A DNA stretch of 64,000 nucleotides from Antedon mediterranea (Eukaryota; Animalia; Echinodermata): assembly GCF_964355755.1 (NCBI RefSeq), contig NC_092676.1, forward strand, positions 30,026,871 through 30,090,870, read 5' to 3'. A program made the position numbers and the translations under genes. The notes beneath the pieces are model-generated. The model saw only the letters and a program-made list of their open reading frames with translations. It was not told the DNA's origin and searched no databases. Positions 39,001 to 49,962 of the stretch are shown here, piece after piece. Each line of letters starts with the position of its first letter. Positions within the stretch are counted from its first letter, which is position 1.

Positions 39001-42000
39001 TTGTTTCATGACTGGAGATCTTCCATCCTATCTCACAGAGACACCTCACACATGTGAAGATTACTGTAACTGCACTTACTTAGAAAATCATCTGACTTTT
39101 GATAACTGTTCGAATTACGAACCACGACCTTCTAACTGCACTTGTGGTTGCGTACCAGATTGTATTGAAGATATGATGTCTTGTGAAATAGACTGCTTAA
39201 ATAATACATTCAGTAACGCTGATTTAAGCTCATGCTTAGCTGGTTGTAAGCGTGTTCAGGTAAACTGCACACAAGGATGCTGTATAGACACATGTGACAA
39301 AGATTTAGACTTGTGTCTGCTGAATAACTGTGTTGAGTGCAATTATTTTGCAAACTGTTCTGTTGAGTTGAAATGTGCAGAACAGTGTATTTCAAAGAAT
39401 GACGGCTGCAGTCAGACCTGCATTAGATCACCAGTAACATGCCACGAGAACTGTTCGAGTGCATCATGGGATTGTTTATTAAATTGTAACCAACTTTGTG
39501 GAGAATCTACAAATACCAACTGCAAGGAGTATTGCTATTCAGACTGCCTAGCTGATGAAAACCGATGTCTTAGCGATTGCTGTTACACAGATTGCAATGT
39601 GAATGCAACTCTTTGTACTCAACAGTGTTCCACTGATTGTAGGCTTGATGGTAACTGCATTATATCATGTTTATCTAACTGTAATTCAACTGGATTTACT
39701 TGCAATGAAACATGCGCTGCTCAAGTTTATGATTGTCAAGATAACTGTAACCAGAATTGTTCAGTAACCAGTTGTACAGTTATTATAGAAACGGATTGTG
39801 CTGAGGAAGAGGTCAATGACCTTGTGGAGAACATCTTAACAAACTATAGTTTAACAAATCTACATAATAATGGAATTATTGGTCTTGAAAAAGCTTCTTT
39901 GATGTTGACATCTGTAAATTGTTCCGGAAACTCTTGCACAACAGAGTTCCAGGTGACAAATACAAGCAGTAGTTGTTCTGCCACAGCTACAGAATACTGC
40001 CAAACAGATCTGGATTCATCTTGTGCTATCAACTGCGTTGGTCTTTGTGAAGCAACGTCATCATGTATTGGGGAATATCTTAATTGTTTGGACACGTGTG
40101 GCAGTGACCCCACTGGGACTTGTGATGTAGTCTTATTAAGAAACGTTTCAATCGATTTCTGTTTAATTGATGCATTGAATTGTATTCTGATGATGAGTAA
40201 CTGTTATTTAAGTTGTAATTCATCAGAATCGTGTTTAAAATGTGATGACGTGTACTGTGCCAGTAATTACACCCAGTGCGTGGAAATAGTTACCATGGAC
40301 AACAGAACATATTCAGCAGACAATGTCTTACATCAGACTTTAAATTTAACTGATGGTAATTCATGCTTGTCTGAATGTAATCGCAACTTAACCAAGTGTC
40401 AGCAAGTTTGCAGACAACATAATAACGTATCATATATCTGTCATTCTACCTGTTTAAGAGGGCATTATGGCTGTGCGTCACAATGCTTGACGTACATCAA
40501 CGAACAATCTATCTGTGGTATTGCTGATTCTACTACAAATACCAATGAAACAAACTTAATACATAACAGTGAATGCAACAGACAATGTGAAGATGACTTA
40601 GTTATCTGTAAGCAGTTATTCTCGCACATAATGAACAGAACAGTTAATAATATTACAACTGAACACTATTCTATTGCTGTTAACTGCTCGAGTTATAAAG
40701 AATGTGGCGATATCTGTAGCAACCTCTGCGCCAACACGCCCAGCTGCAGTATGTTTTCTTGCCAAGCACAATGTGTTCAGGATGCAACACATGGCGTATG
40801 TCACTCCGAAGTGAATTGTACCATTCTGAAGATGTGCGTAGAACATTCCCGGCGTAGGCGCAGAGATGCTGATCTCTTCCCAGCAGATGTAACTTTTGGT
40901 AGCTCATATACGACATCTAGAAGATTAAACCAAGAACCACTTAATCATACCTTATTGGTTGAAAGTAGAAAAAGACGGGAAGCATTTATTGCTAAAGAAA
41001 ACTCATTCAAAACTGTTTCAAGTGAATCCGATCTTGGTAATGTATGGAGTAATACTTTTGATATGAGGCACAACATCCAGCGGATCCGAAGGAGTTTACA
41101 CGACGCTGATATGAATAATACATATTTGAATATTAGTATCCAAGATGGCGGCGGGTTTGTAGAATCACAATGCACCACTAGGAATCAGCACTTAGAGTAT
41201 ATAAAATGCCTTGATACTTGTCTCGTTTATCCTAATGTATCAACAAATAATGTTAGCGGGGGTGATGTTATGAATAATGCCTCGCTCCAGAACACCTCTT
41301 CAAGTATTGGATGTGATAACTGCCAGAACATACAGCCGTCGTCACATGCAAGATGTTACACATTGTGCAACCAAACGGATGCATTTTGTTCCGCTAACTG
41401 CAGCAGTAACTGTACTACGTCTAATAACTGTAGTTGCAGTGAGTTCTGTAACAGACCTCTTGCAGAATGTTTGGCAATTTGCGATAAGACTTCTCTTAAC
41501 AGTTGTAATTGGTGTCGGTCGCTCTCTTGTGAAGAAGACTCATTCTGCTTGTGTGACAGAGTTTGTGTAAACATGACATTTATCGAAGTAAATAACAGCA
41601 AATGTGTTAGCGAATCCTATTGTACTATTTTACAAGAGATGTGCTTCTACGACTGTGAATGCAAGTTGCCACAGTATATATTCCGACATTGGAGAGGTAA
41701 GTGTATTTACCTTTTATTTAATTTGTAACAAGTAAGCAAAGCCATTCACACTTTGGCTAATGGAAATATTAATAAACATTTCAAAATAATATATAATAAT
41801 AAAAGGAAAATCTGTAATACTTATTGACTATGATTAGTTGATTAGTGAATATTAAAGGAAACAACAACAATTAGAAAAATTGCCTTATCAGCTAAGGACG
41901 GAGTAAGTGACGTGAATTATTTAAGAAAAGTGTCTCGGTAAATGTGATGGTGAATACGGGCACTGTTAAGCTTGGTTCCCACTAGAACGTAACGCAAGGA

Positions 42001-42821
42001 CGTAAATGCAACGCAAGCGTTTTAACCAATGACAAGCGAAGTTATAGACAGTTAGCAATCACAAGCGAATAAGCCATCGCTTGTGATTGGTCAATTCACT
42101 TGCGTTGCGTTACGTCCTTGCGTTGCGTCGCTAGTGGGAACCACGCTTTAGTCCCTACCTCACAATAATACAATGTAGGCCTACATGTTTAAGTACACTT
42201 TAGTTACTTAAAGTAAATTGAAATATCGCAGGTTTAAGTCAAATAAGACGCATATGAGGTTAACAGTACAGCATTCTATATCTATGCTTTTTCTTTATTT
42301 CAATTGTTTAATAGGATTGGATTCGAACGTTGGTAACCTCCTAGGTTTACTACCAGAGCCATACACTCTGTACGGCCTCGCACACGATGGACGAGCAATC
42401 ATGCAAAGCTTTGATTTTGGTGCCACGTGGGCGGCGATATTGAAAAGTGTATGGCTGGAAGCTAAAGATAAAGAACAATATATTGAAGCTACTAACTTGG
42501 AAGAGATTTTGAATTTAGAGCCAAATCTTGTATTTCAATCGGAATTTCAAAATGACACTTTTGGTGGTAAGTTCTCATTCTTATCTCATGTCAAAAATTT
42601 CATTCTGCGCACAAAATTGGCAGAATGACCCTTAGACTCAATAGCTGGTACTTCACGAAAACGAAAAAACTCTTTAATTCTTTTGCCTTCTTTCTGTATA
42701 GTGTCGTCGTTCCATATAGCACGTTTTAAATTTTCCTTTTTCAGTGTCTGGTGTTGGAATCCATTTCTTGAAGACGGTCTACGAATGGAAAGTAGATGGA
42801 ACTTGGAACTGTTGTAAATGA
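18034..42821 (+). CDS. giant uncharacterised secreted Cys-rich multidomain protein, ~4,071 aa, 33 coding exons
   Basis: Exons 18034-18124, 18483-18577, 18795-18920, 19508-19675, 19991-20108, 20584-20907, 21446-21709, 21943-22047, 22247-23538, 23997-24120, 24430-24516, 24710-24907, 25798-26073, 26403-27290, 27723-28076, 28332-30545, 30764-30987, 31252-31403, 31665-31783, 31860-32119, 32488-32797, 32927-33099, 33308-33546, 33994-34148, 35518-35630, 35742-35885, 36357-36421, 36760-36961, 37544-37757, 37991-38075, 38989-41696, 42315-42566, 42745-42821. All GT-AG with matching phases, total 12,216 nt. Hydrophobic N-terminus, many N-x-S/T sites, no obvious TM helix, ends WNCCK*. Confidence 0.85.
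19150..19212 (+). mobile_element. tRNA-derived SINE head fragment
   Basis: B-box-like ggttcaaatcc after an A-box-like stretch; similar fragments at ~17668-17700 and ~24560-24602. Confidence 0.4.
24920..25437. repeat. 52-bp intronic minisatellite, ~10 copies, each with an acceptor-like motif
   Basis: Unit cattactaat(ac/aa)gtactcacttttccagctcacatacatgttagcattctat, starting 13 nt after the exon-12 donor. Confidence 0.95.
32150..32425 (+). mobile_element. 3' end fragment of an L2/CR1-type LINE
   Basis: Degenerate RT-tail-like stretch (agctccaatgtggaattccttacc) followed by the gtacagcgcattgag...gcgcta...tattatt tail typical of L2 3' ends. Confidence 0.45.
33650..33860. mobile_element. SINE with Deu/Nin-like conserved domain (second, inverted copy ~51440-51650)
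   Basis: tgtacactggacctatggtttatagttccttatccgagaagact resembles the DeuSINE core as I recall it; the reverse-complement homolog at ~51445-51555 is seen directly. Confidence 0.5.
34113..35104 (+). repeat. 57/72-bp tandem array x15 made of exon-24 end + splice donor + left TIR of a family B MITE
   Basis: Unit caacccttgatcattgtagtacactctgtacag|gtacataaagctctgtctacacta[caaactagtttgatg]; 6 short and 9 long units; the MITE completes only after the last unit. Confidence 0.95.
35169..35279. mobile_element. two short palindromes with 7-bp TSDs (probable P-superfamily excision footprints)
   Basis: tttagac|cagggagttgtaaaattattttacaactccctg|tttagaa (35176-35208) and atttgac|cagggagttgtaaaattttaccactccctg|atttgac (35243-35272). 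Confidence 0.65.
35950..36137. repeat. 16-bp tandem repeat (actgcatacgtggtgt), ~11.5 copies
   Basis: Read directly. Confidence 0.95.
37150..37492. repeat. degenerate 20-bp tandem repeat (aactgtacaatttttcaatt)
   Basis: Read directly. Confidence 0.85.
38150..38943. repeat. 24-bp tandem repeat (tatgctatagtataataatacag[t/c]), ~32 copies
   Basis: Read directly; fills most of intron 30 of the giant gene. Confidence 0.95.
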
Positions 42822-44576
42822 ACCCAGAGATAAAGCTGAATGAGACGTCTATTGAATGTTGTATATAGAATTAAGACAAATGTTGTCCTAACATTTCACG
42901 AAAGACAACTTGAATGTTGAATGTTGATTTTATATAGAATTATGAATAACACATTTGTTCTTTCACGAATAACATGTTTTATAATTCAATAACAATGTCT
43001 TTATAACACATTACCATGATTAAATTGTTTGTACATCATAGAGTAAAATCTTGTAAATTTGTATTTTAAATCGATTTTTATTATTAAATTTAACGTTTTT
43101 GTTTCATTTTAAGTGTTTGTGAAGTGTTTCCTTGAGTAATGTGTCTACAAACGACGTAATAGAACAACGTAAATAGAATTTGACGCAAAACCATAGCAAT
43201 ATTAATTGCCAAACAGTGTGGTATGAGAAAATTCTCATTTACCGCGACCGAAGGCGTGGCCATAATATTATCGGTTTTGGAGGTAGGCCTACATCACATC
43301 TGAAATTTAAAACGGAGCAACTTTGTTAATCTTTTCTGTTTTGAAAAATCTTTCTCTTCCTTTTATTATCTCGTTACAAAATCAAATTACAATTCGAGAC
43401 CGGTGGCCGCCATTACGATTTGAAATCGTCTTCAAAATCAATAGGCTATTATAACTCCCTTTGGCCAGCTGGTGCTTTATTTCTTGTATCAGTGATGTAA
43501 CTTCTCTATCCGTATAGCCTACTAACCTTCCTACTTTCTAAAGATCTAGTTAATAGTTGCTGGAGTATTGTAGTCGAAGAAATTGCAATACAAGGCCATC
43601 ACATGATAGATAATTTGCCATAAACGATGATATAAAACTTTTATCTCAAAACAAAAGCAGAGAAATTTCAGGAGTTTAATATGTAATTTGAGAGGCTGTT
43701 TGATATCTGTTTGTAATTACTGATGTTAATAATTGGAAATACAGAACATACTGCTTCAAAAGATGATGATGATGTTTTGTGTTTTGAAGTAGGCCAAATT
43801 ATTATTAGAGAAATTCATTAGTTTATAATCAATGCTCATTTATTGTATAATATTATGAACTTTGTACCTTTATTTATAAAAAAAAATGACTTTAATTTGG
43901 CGTTTAGTCACCGCCAAATATTGAGTAAATATTTACTTTGTAAAACAGATATGCAATGCTCAATTTATTTATTTATTTAATATTTGTTTTTGTCAATATT
44001 ATATAGTTTTTAGTTTTCTTGTCATGTGGACAACTGCTTAAAGTAATTCGTACTTATTTTGATCTTCTTTCCCATATTGTCCTCTTTGAATCTTTACAAT
44101 TTACAATGAAAAAAAGAAGATACACTATTAAAGTAGTAAAGAACTGTCCAGAAGGAGGCCAAAATAAGTAACATCTTGAAATTACATTTTCTTAAATTCC
44201 GTGCGTTATATTACACTTTTCGTACCAAAATTATCTGATATTTCCACTTACAGTGTAAACCATTTCTATATAAGGGGCTTTCATACAGGTAATTGGAAGA
44301 GTCAATCAGTGTCAGTTTTCAAATCACGAAGGAACGTGTATTGTCGAATGAGATTTGTTGTATCTTGTAAACGAACTAAACAAAAGCAGCCGCATAAATA
44401 TTGTCAGACAGTTAAATATTCGTTATATTGGAATCGATCGAATTGAAGGTAATTATAAGCACACACACAGAGTTAAATGTTATTTAAGTTCGTCAGTGTT
44501 GAATAGCCTCATTATAGAATGTATATGTTCGCTGGATGACAGTAATATTGTTACTCTAATACGAGGTATTCGCTAG

Positions 44577-47500
44577 ATGACGAGGATGTTTTTATTTATG
44601 AGATTGATGTTTTGGTTTTATTTTTTAGAACAAAGTAAAACAGGTAAGATATTTTCATTTTCACTTCATGCATTTGTTTTATGTTAGCATTTGATTACCA
44701 TAAGACCATCCATTCAACAATATATTTAAAATATAATAATAAAAAAGGAAAAAAATGGGATTTAAAAATGTATAAAACCAAAGTGAATGAATGCAAGGAC
44801 GACCCATAAAATCGACAAGTGAATTTATTTCCAATGGTGGGGTCCATTGCAAGAAGAAAACTGAGATGTGAAAAGTGAACAAGGATCATAAGAAGGACAT
44901 GGAATTAAGTGTGAAGGACATAATTAAAATATTACATTAAAAATGTAAATAGGCCTAAAGGTAATATAAAAAAGTACAGATTATGTTTCGATTCAAATGA
45001 TTATTTTTCTTTTCAGTTTCGGCAGATTCTTACAGATTGAAAGATGGTGATAGTTGGTTGCAAGGAAGACTAGAAGTCGAACATTCTTCGGAGTGGGGCA
45101 CAGTATGTGAAGATTTATTTGACTTGAATGCCGCGCACGTTGCTTGTAATTCTATAACACGTGGTAAAGCATCAAGTTTTAATACATGTGGTGGTGGCAG
45201 CGGTCGTATTTGGCTTAGCCAGTTACAGTGCAACGGTGACGAAGCAAGTCTGGAAGAATGTACTCACAATGGTTGGGGGAACGAGCCGCACGGCTGTCAT
45301 CATTCGCAAGACATATGTGTTGTTTGCGGTAAGTAAATGGAAATATCTTTAAAAAAGTTGTGTAAGATCGTGCGCGTATCTAGTCGATAGATAGACAGTA
45401 AATATATATATGCTAAAACTGTCGGCTTACCAATTTTTAAGATATGCATAGAATCACGCAAGACGATTGGGTTATTTATTCTATAGATAAAAACCAACGT
45501 TTTTAGATGATATTTTAAAAACAGGCCTAGCAGCACAGTTAAACAGAAATGAAAGCATTTTTTCTATTGAAAATTTATTTTAACAAATTGGCCTATATGT
45601 AAAATTTATACAATATATTTTAAAGTTGGTGTATTTTTACGTACAATTACATAATCCCAATTATTGTAACCAAAATAATATTTTGAATATTGTAGTAAGC
45701 TGTTCTGATCCGCTAGGCATGGAAAATGGGTCAATTCCGAACGCTGCCATAAGCGCCACGTCTGGTGATGACCCTCAATCCGGTAGACTTAATGATCCGA
45801 GTGGCTGGCTTGTAACATTTCCATCGGTTGGGTCAGAATGGATCCAAGTCGACCTCGGTGTTGTTAAACTGGTAACGGGGATTATTGTACAAGGTTGCAA
45901 CGTTGGGAATTGGGTAGAACATTACAGTGTACGACATAGTGTGATTGACGACGATGTTTCGTTTCAAAACACGGTTGTCGGTGGAGAAGGAGAAAGTAGT
46001 TATTTGTTAAGGGTACGTAGCGTAATAATTAGTTTTATTAGATAATGATTGTGCTGTTGAAAAATACACTTTTTCAATTTAGTTTATCATAAAAACTTCA
46101 GTTTTCATTTTGAAATGTATAATCATTATGCATCACATACAAAAACAATTGACATCAGAAATAAAATTTGTATACATGCTGGCATCATGGAGATATCAAA
46201 TAAACGGTATACCTCCATGATTCTAGTAACAAACGGATATACAGTACGTTTTACGCTCTGTTTGAAATTAGACAACTTCTTGCCATTATTAATTTTTCTA
46301 ATTACATTATCAGAAAAATACTAATATACATAATATTTATATTATTATCCTCTGCAGTTTACCGGAAATACAGATCGTCACACGCCAGTTAAGACATCTT
46401 TTTACAATCCAGTCGAAGCACGTTTTATCCGTATCGAAGTGTTGATGAGCAATATCTTCTGCATGCGATTCGAAATTCTAGGCTGTCAAGGTAAGCTGGG
46501 CAATCGCATATTATAAACGATAAACGAATGATAAAATACTTTTATTGCAACTTTTGGGTTGAATTATACAAAAATATATAGGCTAATTATACTTAAATGT
46601 CAAATTACACAAAACATTATAACTGATTGAATTTATACTACTCTATGTTTGTTTGTTCTTATTTCGAATTCATACAAAATTATTTAAAAAACAGGTCGAT
46701 ACATAACATAACAGTCAAATGATAAAACTTCAGGAAAAAAAGAAAGTAATAACATATGGTGATGAATATATCAAGACAATCCAATTAATGATTAATTTTA
46801 GTAGAAATTTACTCTGTTTTGCTTTAATTTACTTATTAATGAATGATCATATTCTGATATGTAACATGTTTTACTAGAAATTGACTGGTGCCAGTCATCC
46901 CCTTGTATACATGGACTGTGTGTGAACCAGGGATTACAATACAACTGTCAGTGTAACCACGGATACGAAGGAACCAATTGCGACATAGGTAAGGAGGCGG
47001 CGTAAGTATTGACCAATCATGACGTGATGGATCATCCTAACCTTTGCGTCGTGATTGGTCAACAACTCACTTGCGTGTGCGCGTACATTGTTACGTTGCG
47101 TTTCTAAAGCTTGGCTCTCACTAGCCGACTAGACGTGACGCAAGGACGTACACGCAACGCAAGTGAGTTGACCAGTTCGAATAATTCATCGCGTGTGATT
47201 GGTCAAATCAATAACGTTGCGTTCTGTCGTGTTTGAAAGTTATGTTTTAAATGTGTATTTAAAAGAAATAATGTCGAACGTTTTGTTTCTTCTTTTTTTT
47301 TCCAGTTGTGCCTACTGTTTCAATGCTAATAATAGGCCACACTTTTTATAATACTTTAACTAAAGCTAACTACACAGACGCTGTTGAACTGTGTGAAAAG
47401 TCATACAATGCCAGACTGCCAGTGTTCAGAACAAGATCATCAACCAGCAGGAGAACGTTCATACCAGTAGAACGATTTTGGTTGTCCCTGAATGACAGAG

Positions 47501-49882
47501 AAAACGAGGGAGTATTTGTCTGGAGTACATCCAATGCAAACTATCCATTGGAATATGAAAGTAATGATAAATAATATGATTTTTAAAGCCTGGTCTATGC
47601 ATGGCTAATGTTTACAATTGTTGTTACCTATGCAGAATTTATAACGATGGAGGGGCATACTGTCATCACACCGGCCCAATGGTGAATGAGCTGCGACGTT
47701 TAAGCTCTACACTATCAAAGTTTATGTGACAAAAAAAAATGCGATGTGCCCATATATGAACATTATGATGTCATATCACTACCATATAATAGGTATATCA
47801 CACTATTTTTTGTCAAACTAGTTTGACAGTGTAGACAGCTTAACGTTAATTGCTGCGTCACTCATATTTTTATTGAAAATATTCAATCAGGCCAAACGTT
47901 TGACGTCACATCTTGCGTCTTACAGGAGGGAAGAGTGAAATTATTGTATTGATCGGTTGATGTCTACTATTTCAGTTATCTGTTAAGTTAATAGCCTATA
48001 GTTAACCATCATAAGTTTGTATACTACAAACACGATGAAATAACTCTATGTATTCACTTTTCCCTGGTTATATAATAAATCAATATAACTTTTAGTGTGG
48101 AAGACGCATGAACCTATTAACGCTGGAGATGAAGACTGTGTTACGTTTGACGAAACAGCATGGAATGATATTCCTTGTAAGCAGAACATTTCTGTCATTT
48201 GCCAAGCAGGTATGAAATGAATAAACCAGTTCTAAAGCTCTGTCTACACTATCAAACTAGTTGGACAAAAAAGTGTAATGTGCCCAAATATGGTATTGAT
48301 ATGACGTCACCATATCCATGTATGGGCACATCACATTTTTTTGTCACATAAAGTTTGGTAGTGTAGACAGAGCTTTAAGCGTAGTCTACACTACTAACAT
48401 TAGCAAACTTAATAATAACTAGATGGTACGCTCGCTTCGCTCGCGTACCATCTAGTTATTGGAATGTTCCATTCATCGGAAATCAATACATTTGTATAAA
48501 TGTATATTAAATCTATCAAAATAGTATGTTTTTAAGAAAATAGGTCTGTCTTCAACATTATGATGCTGTACTCGAGCTGTTCATCCGGTTTTCATCCATT
48601 AAAAACAATTATCGTATATTATTGTGTGCGGGTATTTTTCAAGTTGGACATCCATTGGACAGTGTATACCACGACCGGAAAACACCCCTATTTGGGGCAA
48701 ATCGTTGAACCTAAATTCGTTTTAATCGTCAATAACTAATTATCTAACTCAATTTAATTAGTAAACAGGGTTACATCAGGTGGTTAAAATCAGTACCGAA
48801 AGTACGAACCAACTTTATATACCATCGAGTAAAAATTCTAGAAGTAAGGCGCGATTTACTGAATTTTGCCCTTACGTAAATATATATATAGATACCAATA
48901 CTCACGCCGGACGTCTCCAATTTGTATTAGTGTTATGTTTTAAGGCGGTTGATACTGTATAAAAAGTTTAGAAACCCTCCTTCAAATAGCCGCCATTGGT
49001 ATTTACTGTCTCTTCTTAAAGAAACTAATCTAGACGTGCCCCAATTAAGTTTGTATTGTCTTTTTTATGTTAGTGCACAGCCCACGTTTTGATTTACAAG
49101 CTCAAGTAGTATATGTATGAAACGCCATATGTGTCAAAATATGTATCTTTTTACTAATATTAAGTCAAAATTCCGTCTCCGACTACAACCAATCCAATTA
49201 TATATTTTTTAGATGCACTTATACCGTACTTGGGAAACTTCCATTACGTGTTGGTTGGTGACATGACATTTAACGAAGCTTTCTCAGCTTGTGAGGGTCT
49301 AGGATTAAGTTTGCCAGTCATCACAACACAAAGAAAACATAACAGCTATCGTTTGCTTAATATTTCGTTTTGGCTAGCGTTGAATGACAAAGATGCGGAG
49401 GACAAATTTGTTTGGTCAATGCGTGAAAGAGACAAAGGTCAAGGTTCGTGATCACTAACATGGCGTTTCTTTTCTATTGATTCATCTTATCTGGGTTTGT
49501 ACAGGTTTTAGAAAGTTAGTAAAATATTGGGAAATTCAATTCCGTGTTTTCAATACCCTTGAAAGTCCTAGAAAATGACGATTTTTTTTATTTAAAAATG
49601 GGTACTTGTGTATGAATTTTGATTTGGAAATTTTTATTTTTGGCTCTTGGAAAGTCTCAGAAGACTTATTGAATTTGATCCAGTTATTTTCGGTTGTCGT
49701 TTGTTAATTTTTTGTTAAATTTCATTTTTTCTAGTCGGCTGGAATTTACTGTCATATTCTGATAATGCTGTAGATAGAGACTGTACTGTGTATGTTGATG
49801 GCATATGGAACATTGTGAATTGCGACGACAAGTACAGCGTATTGTGTGAAAAAGGTATGCTTTTCTTAGTACTATCTATCTA

Positions 49883-49962
<80 letters not shown>

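Noticed and set aside
39008-41728. 906-aa ORF as a standalone gene
   Set aside because: Bounded by an acceptor at 38988 and a donor at 41697 in phases matching the flanking exons, and it has no signal peptide; it is an internal exon.
46186-46219. CATGGAG...CTCCATG palindrome like the P footprints (also ~8810-8855)
   Set aside because: No target-site duplication visible, so not counted.
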